DNA from: Mobula hypostoma | Lineage: Eukaryota | Length of the DNA stretch: 64,000 nucleotides | Assembly: GCF_963921235.1 (NCBI RefSeq) | Contig: NC_086108.1 | Span: 49,292,001-49,356,000 of the forward strand | Direction of reading: 5' to 3' | In this document: piece by piece, positions 39,315-52,660 of the stretch | Numbering within the stretch: the stretch's first letter is position 1 | How the letters are laid out: each line of letters opens with the position of its first letter | Notes under the pieces: model-generated | What the model was told of the DNA's origin: nothing | What the model saw: only the letters and a program-made list of their open reading frames with translations | The model's database searches: none | Made by a program: the position numbers and the translations under genes

Positions 39315-40514
39315 TATCTCCAACATTTTCTGTGATTGCTTTCATCGTTTCTGTTTAAGGCTGCACTCCTAAAAAGGCAATAATCTGCAGATAGCCAGCA
39401 TAGTGTTAACTTTACTACTTGGTTGTGACCTGTTCAGCATCTGCTTATTAGGGGAGTGTACTTTCTGAGTCAAAGTATGGTGAGGCTCTGTTTTTGTAAA
39501 AAAAAGCGCGCGCAAGATGGGATGAGTGATAACTTAACCCTCAGTACATCAGAGGTATTATAACGCTATTATGGTCTGTAAAAAAAAAAAGAAATCAACC
39601 CAATGTTCATTGGAAAGTACGTTCTCTTCATGAATGAGCCAGGTTTAATTAACTTCTTAAGGTATTATCTTCCTATAAGCATTTGGAAGCTGTTCCTTGA
39701 AGAGTTCAATCATTACAGACACTTGATGAGGTCTTGCGTAATTATGTTTTATTTGTGAACAACAAATTAGCAAACGCCCATTGCAAGGTATGTTTATTGC
39801 TTTTGCTTTAAAGAGATGGAAACCTGCCATCTTCTGCAAGCAATTTAGTTGAGTTGTAAACTGGGAGGCTTATTTACAATAAATATTCTTCATGATACAC
39901 GAAAGCCAGCTGTTACTGCAGGAATGAAAATGTCAGAACAAGTTTAGGACATTGACTTTCTTGTTAATGTAAGGGTCATAGAGGCACATATTTCCATCTT
40001 TAACTGTACTCCCTTTAATAGATTCTGATTTCAGAATATATTTTTCACTAGGTGAAAACAATACAGTATAAATCTGTGATGGATGGTTTTGAATTGTGCT
40101 TTGTGCAAAGTTTCCTTTTATTTCCTTAGTCTATGACACTTTTACAATGATGTTTTCTGCATTGTACAACTTTTTCCACTTTCCCTTACACCCTTGCATT
40201 ATAAGGCTGCAAAATGGGTAACAAAGTAGGGAATACACTTTTGTTTGTGACAGTTTGATGCAAATGAATTTATGAAAAGTACAACTTTGTTGTACTTTTA
40301 TATTTATATTCAAGTACTTTTATACTTACATATTCAATTAAAAAAAAGTAATAGAGTGATTATTCAATCAAAGAAGGAAATATTTATTTAGTGCAGTTCC
40401 TCACCTCTGGACATGCTAAATTCTTCATACTCAGTTTTGTATTTTAAGTGCATATACAGCAGCCAATTTGTGGGGACCAAATTCCCATAAGTAGGAATAT
40501 AATGACTAGAATAT

Positions 40515-40735
40515 AATTTCAAATGCTTTTGAGGCTACCCAGATGGAATATAAGGGGTTGCTTTTCCAACCGGAGGGTTGCCTCATCGTGACAGTAGTTG
40601 AGGCCATGGGCTAGCATGGAATTAAAATGGGTAGCCACTGAAAGATCCCACTTTTTCTGGCAAACGGAGAGTAGGTGCTCGGCAAAGCAGTTTCCCAATC
40701 TGCGATGGGTCTTACCGATATACAGGAGGTTTCTA
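40515..40735 (-). mobile_element. Penelope-like element GIY-YIG endonuclease fragment
   Basis: LLYIGKTHRRLGNCFAEHLLSV...VATHFN, matching the PLE at 49415-50536. Confidence 0.8.
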
Positions 40736-40939
40736 GCTTGGTTGCATGAAGACATAGTTCATTAGAACAGACATTCGGCTGCCAGCCAGAGGATAGGCTA
40801 TTCTAAACCTAGTATTCACTCATTGTGCAGCAGCTGTTTTTGGATTATGCATTCAGATTGCAAGAGGATTGAGTGGATTGAAATTTCAAATAAGCATTAT
40901 TATAGGGGCATGAAGGCAGTGCTACCTGAAATGAACTGT

Positions 40940-42750
40940 TAAGTTAGTTTAAATGATTGTTCATATTATATGTAGTGGTAGACATTTTAGGAGGATCTTT
41001 GAAGAAGAGAAGAATCCACCTATGGATAATCAGTAAAGATGAAGGTGGTAAACGAATGAACATAGAATGATACAAAAATATGTCAGCTGATTTGACTTTA
41101 TTTATTTATTTATAAAAGGAAAGAATGACTAATTAAATAAGGGTGGGGAAAAAGCAATGTACATCTGGCCATAGACGTATAGATAGGAAGAATTCCTATG
41201 AATACTTTATCCAAAAAAAAGGAAGCACTGATAAAGTGAGTGTTGGTGTGTGAAAAATTAGTCTGTAATGTTATTAATGGAAATCAAAAAGATCGGATGA
41301 AGATTGGAGAATTCATGTAATACTGTATGTCAGAAATTAATTGAGAAAAAGTTATGAAAGTTACGGGAGTGATACTGAATAAATTGTTGGAGTTTTGGGG
41401 GTAAGTCTGGGTCCTCATGAATGACATCTTCTCATCTTAAAGTAGGGTTTCTTTAGATGGTAAAATAGCAAACGTGGCTATTTTATTCAAAAAGGAAGAG
41501 AATCAGAAAGCAAAAAAAAAATTGAGTCAGCTGGTTGGCATTTGTCATAGGGGAATGTTTGAAGCTATCATTAAAGACTTTAGTTCAAAATTTTGGTCAA
41601 TGCCCTGGCATAATTCGGCAATCCCAACATAGTTTTGTGAAAGTGCTGAGAATAAAAGGGAATTAGTTGATGCAGTATGCTTAGGTTTTTAAACAGCTTT
41701 TGTTGAGGTAGAGAATAAATTATTATTGTATAACAGGTAACATATGGTGGAGAAAATCTGCAGTTGCTGGAAATTCAAGTTACGCGCACACAATGCTGCA
41801 GGAACTCACCAGGCCAGGCACAGCGTCTGTGGAAAAGAGTACATCCTGACGAAGGATCTCAGCCCAAAATGTTGACTGTACTCTTTTCCATAGGTGCTGC
41901 CTGGCCTGTTGAATTCCTCCAGCATATGTTAGAAGGTTGGCTGGCTAGTGGGAAATAGAACAAGTATTTGTTGGTAATAAGAGGTATGCCCTAGGGATGA
42001 GTACAGTGGTTTCATCATAAGTGACTTGGATGAAGGCATTGAAAGCATGATTGTAAAATCTACTGATGACATAATAAGCATTTTGCCTCAATGGTGAGAG
42101 ACTGCAGAGTGTTAATGGAGAGAAATCTGGTATCCATGCACATAGTTTGCAAACAAAAAAGTACTTTGCACATGATACATGTAATTAGGAAAGGTAACGC
42201 AATTTTATTGTGAATTGTGAAATGAATTGAATACATAAGTTGGGAAGAATTTTACTCATTTACATTGCTGACCTCACAATCTGGAGCACTGTATATAATA
42301 CAGGCCTCCTTAATTGAGGAAGAGTGTAAACCTATTTGGAAGCTGTGCAGAGAAGGTTCGTCATACTGTTAGTGGAATGGCGAGTTGCCTTAAGAGGAAA
42401 AATTGGATAGGCCTGGCTAGAATTTGCTGAAGGTTAGAAAACAGGTGATTTGATTGAAATAGTCTAGAGCACATTGTCAAGTGGAGAGGTTCTTGTGGGA
42501 GATTATGGAGCTGGGGGTCACCTATTTAAGCCATAAATTTATGTTTGAGTTTGGAACCTTTGGTGGTGGAAGCAAAGTCTTTTAACGCTAAGTGGATGTA
42601 GATACATTCTTAATATGCAAAAGAATGGAAGATTAACCTTGGGTATGCAGGAATTTAGTGTTGTGGCTACAATCAAAGCGGTTGTGATTATCATTTTAAA
42701 TGAATATTGGAGGGCTGGGTGACCTATACCAGCTGCTAAATGGTATGTTT
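40940..42750 (+). mobile_element. Highly decayed CR1 LINE
   Basis: Scattered CR1 ORF2 remnants (IANV..LFKK, gtgacttggatgaagg, tgcagagaaggttc) and a degenerate tail. Confidence 0.5.
41753..41925. mobile_element. Inverted pair of PLE termini with a central hammerhead-like core
   Basis: Arm atgctgcaggaactcaccaggccaggc...ggaaaagagtaca pairs with tgtactcttttcc...gcctggcctgttgaattcctccagcat. Between them lies CTGACGA-aggatctcagccc-AAAA-tgtt-gact. Confidence 0.75.
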
Positions 42751-43199
42751 GAAATAACAGGATCTCCTATGAAAGTGACTCTATTGTATTTTCAATTCAA
42801 ATATAACACTTGAAAACAAAATCTGTATGGTTACAGATATGATGCATTGGTTACAGAGGTAGAATATTTTGAATAAAATGGTCCACTGAGGAGGAGCTGA
42901 AGTAAGAGAGGAGCTATGGTATATGAAGACTTCAGTAGCTGGAGTTAGTGTATTTTGTGCATTAACTAGTGTGCTCTATTTGGGGGATGTAAGTACTATG
43001 AAAGATGAGCAGTCCTACTTCCTTCTTCCAGTAATGCAGAGGATGCAGAAGCTTCTAAGATTTGTTGCAAAACCATGCTGTTGGTTCTTCACTTTTCATA
43101 TATAAATACATTTGTTTCAAAATAGTCCATAAATCTCAAGAGTTTGTTCTACATGAGCATTCTGTATTAGAAAAGTTTTTGGAATCAAAATGGCATTTA

Positions 43200-45345
43200 T
43201 ACTATTGGGCTCAGAAGAGAAAGGAGCTGAAGAGGCAAGCTGTAGAAATAGGGGATTTGTTGGTTAGAGGAACAGAAAGCAGGTTCTATGGATGAGAATG
43301 AGATTCTTGGATGGGGTGTTGCCTTCCGGGTGCCAGGGTCAGGGACATCTCAGATTGAATCCACACCATTGTTAAGTGGGAGAGTGAGCAGCCAGAGGTC
43401 ATGGTTCAAGTTGGCACCAATAACATGGATAGGAGGGGGTGACAAGGTCCTGCCAAGTGTATTTAGGGAGTTAGGTGCTAAGGTAAAGGATAGGACCTCC
43501 AGGGTTGTGCTCTCAGGATTGCTACCCATGCTATGTGCTAGTGAATCCAGAAATAGGAAGATCATACAGTTTCACATATGGCTAAGGAGAAGATTCAGTT
43601 GCTTGGCATTCAAGATGAGGTAGTAAATTGGATTAGCTATTGGCTTTGTGGAAGGAGCACAGAGTAGTTGTAGATGATCGCCTCTCTGACTGAAGGGTTG
43701 TGACTAGTAGAGTGCCGGAGGGATTGGTGCTGAGTCCATTGTTGTCTGTCATTTATATCAACAATTGGGGGTATAGCGGACAGTGAGGAAGACGATCAAA
43801 GCTTGCAGTGGGATCTGGACCAGCTGTAAAAATGGGCTGAAAATAGCAGATGGAATGTAATGCAGACATGAGTGAGGTGTTGCACTTTGGGAAGATAAAC
43901 CAGCGTAGGTCTTGCACGGTGAGGGTAAGGCACTGACGAGAGTGGTAGAACAGAGGGATCTGGGAATACAAATCCATAATTCCTTGAAAGTGACAACACA
44001 GGTAGATAGGATCATGAAGAAAGGTTTTGGTACATTGGCCTTTATAAAACAATGTACTGTTATCAAGTAGCACTCACATCAATGGTGATGAAGTGCTTTG
44101 AGAAATTGGTTATGGCTAGAATCAACTCATGCCTAAGCAAGGACCTGGACCCATTGTAATTTGCCTTTCGCCACAATAGGTCTACAGCGGATATGATATC
44201 ATTGGCTCTTCTCATGGCCTCGGATCATTTGGACAATACTAATACTTCCGTTAGGCTCAGCATTTAACACAATCATTTCTACACTTCCAAAACCTGGACC
44301 TCTACCTCCCTCTGCAACTGGATCCTCAACTTGCTGGAAGACCATAGCCTGTGCAGATTGGAAATAACATTTCCGCTTCACTGATGATCAATACTGACGT
44401 TCCTCAAGGATGTGTGCTTAGCTCGCTGTTCTCCCCTCTCTACACCCATGACTGTGTGGCTAGGCACAGCTCAAATGCCATCTATAAATTTGCTGACAAC
44501 ACCCCTATTTTTGGCAGAATTTCAGATGGTGATGAGAAGGCATACAGGATTAAGATAGATCAGCAGGTCGAGTGGTGTCAGTATGATGAAAGAATTGATT
44601 GTGGATTTCAGAAAGGTTAAGGTGAAGAAACACACACTAGTCATTAAGGGATCAGAAATGGAAAGGGTAGGGAATTTCAAGTCCTGGGTCATCATAGAAC
44701 ATAGAAACATAGAAAACCTACAGCACAATATAGGCCCTTCGGCCCACAAAGTTGTGCTGAACATGTCCCTACCTTAGAAATTATTAGACTTCCCCATAGC
44801 CCTCTAATTTTCTAAGCTCCATGTACCTATCCAAACGTCTCTTAAAAGACCCTATCGTATTGTGTGCAGTTTTGGTCCCCTAATCTGAGGAAACGTATAA
44901 AATTCTAAAGGGATTGGACAGGCTAGATTAAGGATTTTATTCCCTAGATTTTATCCCTAGATGTTTGGATTTTATTCCCTAGAATGTAGAAGATTGTGGG
45001 GAGGTTTGATAGAGGTATGAGGTATACAAAGCTATGAGTGGTAAATGCAATCAGGTTTTTTCCACTGAGGTTGGGTGAGTCTTCAACTAGAGGTAATGGG
45101 TTAAGTGTGAAAGGTGACAGGTTTAAGGGAAATATAAGGTGGTGGTGAAAGTGAGGAATGAGCTGCCAGCATAAGTAGAAAATGCGGGTGCGATTTCAAT
45201 GTTTAAGAGAAATTTGGATAAGTACATGGATGTGAGGTGTATGGAGGGCAGGGTGCAGGTTGTTGGGACTAGCCAGATTAATGATTCAGCATGGATGAGA
45301 TGGGCCAAAGGGCCTATTTCTGTGCTGTAGTGTTCTATGACTATG
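43200..45345 (+). mobile_element. Cluster of LINE fragments: CR1 ORF1 esterase, CR1 RT, Rex1-like RT (about 44080-44690) and CR1 tails in both orientations
   Basis: IGDLLVRG; RTSRVVLSGLLP; NTDVPQGCVLSSLFSPLYTHDC...KFADN; CR1 tails at about 44695-44860 (minus) and ending near 45345 (plus). Confidence 0.7.
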
Positions 45346-47899
45346 AATCTATTGGGACCTTGAATATTATTATGAGACAGATTAGAAAGATGGGAGTGGA
45401 TTTGAGTGGATCACCAGACACTCAAGTGTGAAAGACATAGTTCATTTGGAAGTTCTGTATGAAGGGGGTGGATGTATGAGGAAGAGTGTAGCTATGAAAT
45501 AAAACATCACAGTTAATGTTGCAGGAACATGCAGATAGCCATGATTTGGATAATTATTGACTGATTTTTTTTGTGGAAATCTTAAAATACTTAATTTAGA
45601 ATCCCACAGATCAATCTGTATTTTTGCAAAAGGTTGTGAGTTGTAATTGAGAGGTCTTGGGGATTACTTACTTACTATGTACCTTATAGTAAGCTTTTAA
45701 ATTTAAATCTGTTCACTCAGTTATTAGTGCTGGCCTCTCCATAGGAAAAGGAATTGTCAGACTGTATGTGTTCTGCCTCAGCTTTGGACCAGCATAAAAG
45801 TGCACACTGCCTTACAGTGCAGCAAATGCTAATCAGGGAAATGTCCACTCTTCTGTAACTTGAATTATGAAGGGCGAAAGAAAATGACCACCATTCCAAC
45901 CAGAGTCAAATTAAGGCTACATTTTAGTTGCTAAAAGAGATGCTACTTCAGTGCGTACACATGGATTGTGAGTTCCATCTATGATGCAGCTGTTCTTGTT
46001 TTGTCAGAAGCACTCATCAGAGTTGTGATCTAAACAATGGATTGTTAATGATTTTCTTTTCAAGTGGAACGATTCAACGCAATTTGTGGATTGTTAATTT
46101 AGGCCTTATTTTCATGGATTTCATAGGCCCCCTCTGTACCAACACAGGATGTCTTTAATTCTATTGTTGCATTTTAATCTTCTCTGCTTAACTGCAAGCT
46201 CAATCTGCATTGTTTACCACTGAGTAAAATCTGTATGTTATTACCTCCTTGCAATTTCTTGCAGCTTTAAAATCCTCACATTTCTGCCACTCCTGTAATT
46301 CTGGCATCTTGCCCATTTCTGATTTTCATCATTTCCCGCTCGGCATTCTTTGCTATGGCTGGAATTATCAATTGAAACTTCAACACCTCAGTGGCTCCCA
46401 GGTAATTTAACTTGGTTCCTGAAATGTAGCTCTAGATTTTGATAGAATTTCATTTGAATACAAATAAAACAACATGAATAAATCCAGAATAAGTATCCAT
46501 CTTTATGATCTGCATTTTAAAAATATTCAATTAAAATTGTCATGCAGAGCTAACCATGGTGAAGTTAGAAACGTGTATAAATTGAGTTCAAATATCTAAT
46601 TGTGCTCAGGTAAACGTAATGAGAGAGGGTCAAAAATAAGATTTTATACTGTGAATATGATTAACTTAACAGAAGAAAAGGGGCCTAAGTAAAGTAATAG
46701 ATATTAAAGTATTCAAATTATGCAGCAGAGTAATTTGCATATATCCACTCTGATATAATAATACATTCTTCCTTTACTTGTGCTTTATCCTCCACTGGGT
46801 CTCACATACAGTAGCAGCAGAACAAATCTACTGAAATTTTGGGTTTGATATTAGAATGTAATCTGTTCATAAATTCTAGTATAGTTTGAATTGGCATGAT
46901 TGAAAAATGAAAAGTATGTACATATTTTTAGGGTGAAATGTAAAATGTTTGAACACGAACTTTACCGTCTAAACAGTGGGTTTTTGGGGGTATAGGTAAC
47001 ATGAGAATTGAAATTAAATGAATGTAATTGAAATACTACATTGCATATGTGACTCATTCAAAATATGTTAAAATAAGTCATAAAAATAACATCAAAGAAC
47101 AAAATGGGAATTGATTAAATGTAGATTTGAAATCAATATCTCATTCTCTTTCGGGACTAACAGAAGTTTTGAATAAACAGGCAGTTGAAGGAGTTCAAAG
47201 CATCAGAAGTTATGATAACGTTGGGTGGAGGAGATATTGAAATAGAAGAGGAATATCCCTTGATGGGCTGAATATCCTTGAGGCTCATTTGGAAAGAAAA
47301 GGCCAGGGTAATGTTAAAAAGAAACAGGGCATGTAGTCATGATCTCAGCACCATTCCTAGTTACAGATTAAAAGCCTCTAAGGTGTTTTGGTCTTGAGTA
47401 TGAATGAGCCAGCTTATACAGTAGCTATATGTTATCAGTCAAGCAAATTGTTTCTGTCATTTAACTGGTAAATTACGTGCACAGGAATACAGTTCCCATA
47501 AGATAACATTTGGAGTATAATTCATTCTTTCTTTAGCTTAACCCACTGAGTGCCTAAACTTTATTACTTTGAAGTGTGCAAAGTCACTGCACATCAGTCT
47601 TCAAACCACTATCTTGTAAATTCACTCTTATGTAATAATTCACTCTTCTTATTCATACACTCAAGCTTCGTCTTGCACTTGGTTAAACACTGTTGCTGTC
47701 CACACCTTTAGATTTTCTCACACAAAAACAGCATATTTGTGAATCACCATACCATATCTTATACTTTGTACACCAAGACCAAAAAAATTAATTTTTTTGG
47801 TATTAATACTCTCACCAAGATAAATTTTTTAAAAAATCTTCAAACTGTCTATGCATAACAATACCAAAACATTTGAAGAAGTAGCAGCAAAAATTAAAT

Positions 47900-48905
47900 G
47901 TACAAAATGCACAAAGTTATGATGACTATCCTTAATCAGTCCATGTCTACCCGAATACTCATATATCAGGTCCCTCAGAATACCTTCCAATAACTTTCCC
48001 ACTACTGATGTCAGACTCACTGGCCTATAATTTCATGGTTTATGTTTAAAGCCTTTCTTAAATGGCAGAACAACTTTGGCTATCCTCCAAACCCCTGGTA
48101 CCTCTCCTGTCTATGATTTAGGTGTCTCTGCTAGGGCCCCAGCAATTTCTGTACATGCTTCCTGCAGGGTCCAAAGGAACAGCTTGTCAGACCCTGGGCA
48201 TTTACACACCCTTTGCCTCAGAACAGCACCACCTCCTCCTATGTAATCTGCAATCTCCCCCACCTCTTTGCAATTACCATTCTGATCTTCTAGAGGATCA
48301 ATTTTGTTCCTTACAATCCTTTTGTCGTAACAAATCTGTAGAATCCCTTGGGATTCTCCTTTACCTTGTTTGCTAAGGCAACCTCATGCCTTCCCTTAGC
48401 CCTCCTGATTTCTTTCATAAGTATTCTCTTGCACTTCTTATAATCCATAAGCACCTCATTTGTTTGTATCTGCCTATACCTGCAACACACTTCCTTTTTT
48501 ACCTTAACCAGGGCCTCAACAACTCTTGAAAACCAAGAGTCTTGAAAACTCTTGAAAATACATCTATTATCTTTACCTTTTATTATGACAGGCACATATA
48601 TTTCACTTTTGAAGGCCTCCCACTTACCAAGTACACCTTTGGCAGAAAACAGCGTTTCCTAATTCACATTTGTCAGATCCTTTCTGATAACATCAAAATT
48701 GGCCTTACTGTAATTCAGAATCTCAACCTGCGGACTAGACCCATCTTTTTGCATATTTACTTTGAAAATAATAGCATTGTGATCACTAGATGCAAAGTAT
48801 TCACCTTCACAAACTTCTGTCAGCTGCCCTATTCCTAATAGTAGATCAAGTACCGCACACTCTCTTGTTGGGACTTGTATGTACTGATTAAGGAAAATTT
48901 CCTGA
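47900..48905 (-). mobile_element. CR1 ORF2 fragment
   Basis: EIRRAKGRHEVALANKVKENPKGFY; SLTSVVGKLLEGILRD. Confidence 0.75.
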
Positions 48906-49020
48906 ATACATCAGATAAACTCTATGTGGTAGAAACATTGTCGGGGCGTGAGTGGCTGAGACAACTAAAACTTGATTGGAGATCCATTCCCTGCAATAGA
49001 GCCAACTGAAATTGAATTGA

Positions 49021-50536
49021 CGCAACATACATCAAAGTTGCTGGTGAACGCAGCAGGCCAAGCAGCATCTCTAGGAAGAGGTGCAGTCGACGTTTCAGGC
49101 CGAGACCCTTCGTCAGGACTAACTGAAGGAAGAGTGAGTAAGGGATTTGAAAGTTGGAGGGGGAGGGGGAGATCCAAAATGATAGGAGAAGACAGGAGGG
49201 GGAGGGATAGAGCCGAGAGCTGGACAGGTGATAGGCAAAAGGGGATACGAGAGGATCATGGGACAGGAGGTCCGGGAAGAAAGACAAGGGGGGGTGTGAC
49301 CCAGAGGATGGACAAGAGGTTATTCAGAGGGACAGAGGGAGAAAAAGGAGAGTGAGAGAAAGAATGTGTGCATAAAAATAAGTAACAGATGGGGTACGAG
49401 GGGGAGGTGGGGCCTTAGCGGAAGTTAGAGAAGTCGATGTTCATGCCATCAGGTTGGAGGCTACCCAGACGGAATATAAGGTGTTGTTCCTCCAACCTGA
49501 GTGTGGCTTCATCTTTACAGTACAGGAGGCCGTGGATAGACATGTCAGAATGGGAATGGGATGTGGAATTAAAATGTGTGGCCACTGGGAGATCCTGCTT
49601 TCTCTGGCGGACAGAGCGTAGATGTTCAGCAAAGCGGTCTCCCAGTCTGCGTCGGATCTCACCAATATATAAAAGGCCACAACGGGAGCACCGGACGCAG
49701 TATATCACCCCAGTCGACTCACAGGTGAAGTGATGCCTCACCTGGAAGGACTGTTTGGGGCCCTGAATGGTGGTAAGGGAGGAAGTGTAAGGGCATGTGT
49801 AGCACTTGTTCCGCTTACACGGATAAGTGCCAGGAGGGAGATCAGTGGGGAGGGATGGGGGGACGAATGGACAAGGGAGTTGTGTAGGGAGCGATCCCTG
49901 CGGAATGCAGAGGGGAGGGGAGGGAAAGATGTGCTTAGTGGTGGGATCCCATTGGAGGTGGCGGAAGTTACGGAGAATAATATGTTGGACCCGGAGGCTG
50001 GTGGGGTGGTAGGTGAGGACCAGGGGAACCCTATTCCTAGTGGGATGGTGGGAGGATGGAGTGAGAGCAGATGTACGTGAAATGGGGGAGATGCGTTTAA
50101 GAGCAGAGTTGATAGTGGAGGAAGGGAAGCCCCTTTCTTTAAAAAAGGAAGACATCTCCCTCGTCCTAGAATGAAAAGCCTCATCCTGAGAGCAGATGCG
50201 GCGGAGACGGAGGAATTGCGAGAAGGGGATGGCGTTTTTGCAAGAGACAGGGTGAGAAGAGGAATAGTCCAGATAGCTGTGAGAGTCAGTAGGCTTATAG
50301 TAGACATCAGTGGATAAGCTGTCTCCAGAGACAGAGACAGAAAGATCTAGAAAGGGGAGGGAGGTGTGGGAAATGGACCAGGTAAACTTGAGGGCAGGGT
50401 GAAAGTTGGAGGCAAAGTTAATAAAGTCAACAAGTTCTGCATGCGTGCAGGAAGCAGCGCCAATGCAGTCGTCGATGTAGCGAAGGAAAAGTGGGGGACA
50501 GATACCAGAATAGGCACGGAACATAGATTGTTCCAC
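49021..50536 (-). mobile_element. Penelope-like retroelement, 5'-truncated (RT C-terminus + GIY-YIG endonuclease + 3' terminal region)
   Basis: RYIDD, LPFLD, YYKPTDSHSYLDYSSSHP, VIYCVRCSRCGLLYIGE, ATHFN. 12-bp TSD AAATTGAATTGA at 49009-49020 and 50537-50548. Confidence 0.93.
49085..49120 (-). ncRNA. Minimal type I hammerhead ribozyme motif in the PLE 3' region
   Basis: Minus strand reads AGTC-CTGACGA-AGGGTCTCGGCCT-GAAA-CG-TC-GACT. Both catalytic boxes, helix I (AGTC/GACT), helix II and a GUC cleavage triplet are present. Confidence 0.8.
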
Positions 50537-51167
50537 AAATTGAATTGAGAAGGGTACTGGATGATGCCACTGCAGTGTTCAAGGATGGCATTGGAAAGCT
50601 CAAACATATCAAGAGAAAAATAGTGTTAAATTAAAATGCCACGCCCAAGTTTTACAAAACCCATCTAGTTCCTTGATTTAGCTGAGGCCTATCTACAGAC
50701 AGAGATGGAAGAAGAGCCCAAATTGTTTCTCACCGTAAATACTGATCAAAGGCTTCAGTGCTATAATAAGCTTATTTTTAGATTTGCATCTGTACCTGTA
50801 CTCTGGCAGAAATCTATGGACCAAGTGCAGCAAGGTTGCCCAGAAATTTGGTGTTACCTGGATGACATCATTCTTACTGGTAATGATGACAGTGAACATC
50901 TCCAAAATCTCAAAACAGTGTTAAAAAGATTAGGAGATTATGGGCTCAGAGCACACGTGTGAATTCTTTAAACCAAGCATCACTTACTGTTGTCACACCA
51001 TTGATGCTCAAGCATTACACAAGTGTGCTGAGAAAATTCAGATAGTGGTGAATGCCCCAAGGCCAAAGGACCTGTCACAGTTGCTATACTGTTTAGGATT
51101 TCTATATTACTATAACAGTTCCTGCCAAATCTCGTTTGAGGTGGCTTTCAAAAAGGTAAAGGAAATG

Positions 51168-51351
51168 CGGGTTCTTTTTTAACATTTAACATTTAAGAAT
51201 AAATTGGACAGATACATAGATGGGAGGTGTATGGAGGGATATGGTCCGTGTGCAGGTCAGTGGGACTAGGCAGAAAATGGTTTGGCACAGCCAAGAAGGG
51301 CCAAAAGGCCTGTTTCTGTGCTGTAGTTTTTCTATGGTTTCTATGGTTTCT
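51168..51351 (+). mobile_element. Short CR1 3' tail insertion
   Basis: CR1 tail ending in (ctatggtttc)n, flanked by aaatg at 51163-51167 and 51352-51356. Confidence 0.75.
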
Positions 51352-51858
51352 AAATGGTGATGTCAGACACTGTACTCACACATTGTGATCCACATTGTCC
51401 AGTGCGTCTTCCCTGTGACGCCTCGCCTTATGGTACAGATGCAGTCAAGTCACATGTTATGAGTGATGGAAGTGAACGCCCCATAGCCTTTGCATCACAT
51501 TCCCTTACTGCTGCAGAGAAAAAATACGCAGAGTTTGGTCTGGGGTGTAAAATGTTTCAACCAGTACTTGTATGGGAGAGTGTTTACTTTCATTAATGAT
51601 AATCAACGGCTAGTGTCCATTTTCAGTCCCCAGAAAGCTGTACTATTAACAGCAGCAGCACAAATACAGAGATGGGTTATTTTCTTGGAGGTCACAATTA
51701 CTAGATCAAATTCGAGAGGATGGCTAATCATGGAAATGCTGATGTATTATCCCATTTACCCTTGGACACTCCTCTTGACATTTACTCCCTAATGTAAATC
51801 AAAGGACTCCCTATAAAGACAGATGTTCCAGAGGGAAACCAGAAAAGAACCCACACTG

Positions 51859-51973
51859 ACACGAGGAATTCTGCAGATGCTGGAAATTCAAGCAACACAC
51901 ATCAAAGTTGCTGAGTCCTGACGAAGGGTCTCAGCCCGAAACGTCGATTGTACCTCTTCCTAGAGATGCTGCC
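51859..51973. mobile_element. 115-bp PLE-derived mini-insertion carrying a hammerhead motif (+ strand, 51914-51949)
   Basis: TSD AAGAACCCACACTG at 51845-51858 and 51974-51987. Core AGTC-CTGACGA-AGGGTCTCAGCCC-GAAA-CG-TC-GATT. Confidence 0.85.
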
Positions 51974-52660
51974 AAGAACCCACACTGTCTCAGTCTACAT
52001 GGGGCTGGAGTATGCCAGTAGAAATTCCAGTTTCCCCATTTTTACCAGCGCTGGAATGAATTTGCTATTGATATAAGTTGCCTTATGTAGGGATTGAGAG
52101 TTGTACCATTCAGACTGCGAGCTAAATTGTTGGAGGAGCTATGTGCTGGTCATCCAGGGGTGTGGTCAGAATGAAAGCATTAGCTCAGTCTGCTGGCCTG
52201 TGCTAGATGAGCAGATTGAACAACTATTCGAGATGCCAGCACGTACAGACGAAACGTGTCCAGAGCTGTCAGAACCAGTTTCTACGGTCTCAGAGTCAAC
52301 TCCTACAACCACCATGGAGGAGGCCCCAAAATATGAGATTGTTTCACAGCCACATGTCTCACCTGCCAGGCAGAATGACCTCCGGTCAGGAAAGACGTTA
52401 TCCTTCAAGAGTACAAAGTCCTCCACAGCAATCAAATCTTCAGGCCAATTGGACAATTTAAAGTTTACTCTGCTGTGGATGTGTATATAGTAGTTATATT
52501 ATCTCATATATTGAGTATATGGTTGAGTTGCATTCTGCACAGAGTTGGAGTTTATAGCAGAGCAGGGAGGAGTTATGTGTATTTAATATTTGAGTAATAT
52601 TGTGAATATATTGTTTGATTAAAGCATTTGTTGTTCATTTAAATAATTCATTACAAGTTG

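Noticed and set aside
45480..47600. Apparently repeat-free AT-rich stretch as a LAMC1 enhancer or extra exon
   Set aside because: No laminin-like translation and no direct evidence; it would need cross-species alignment.
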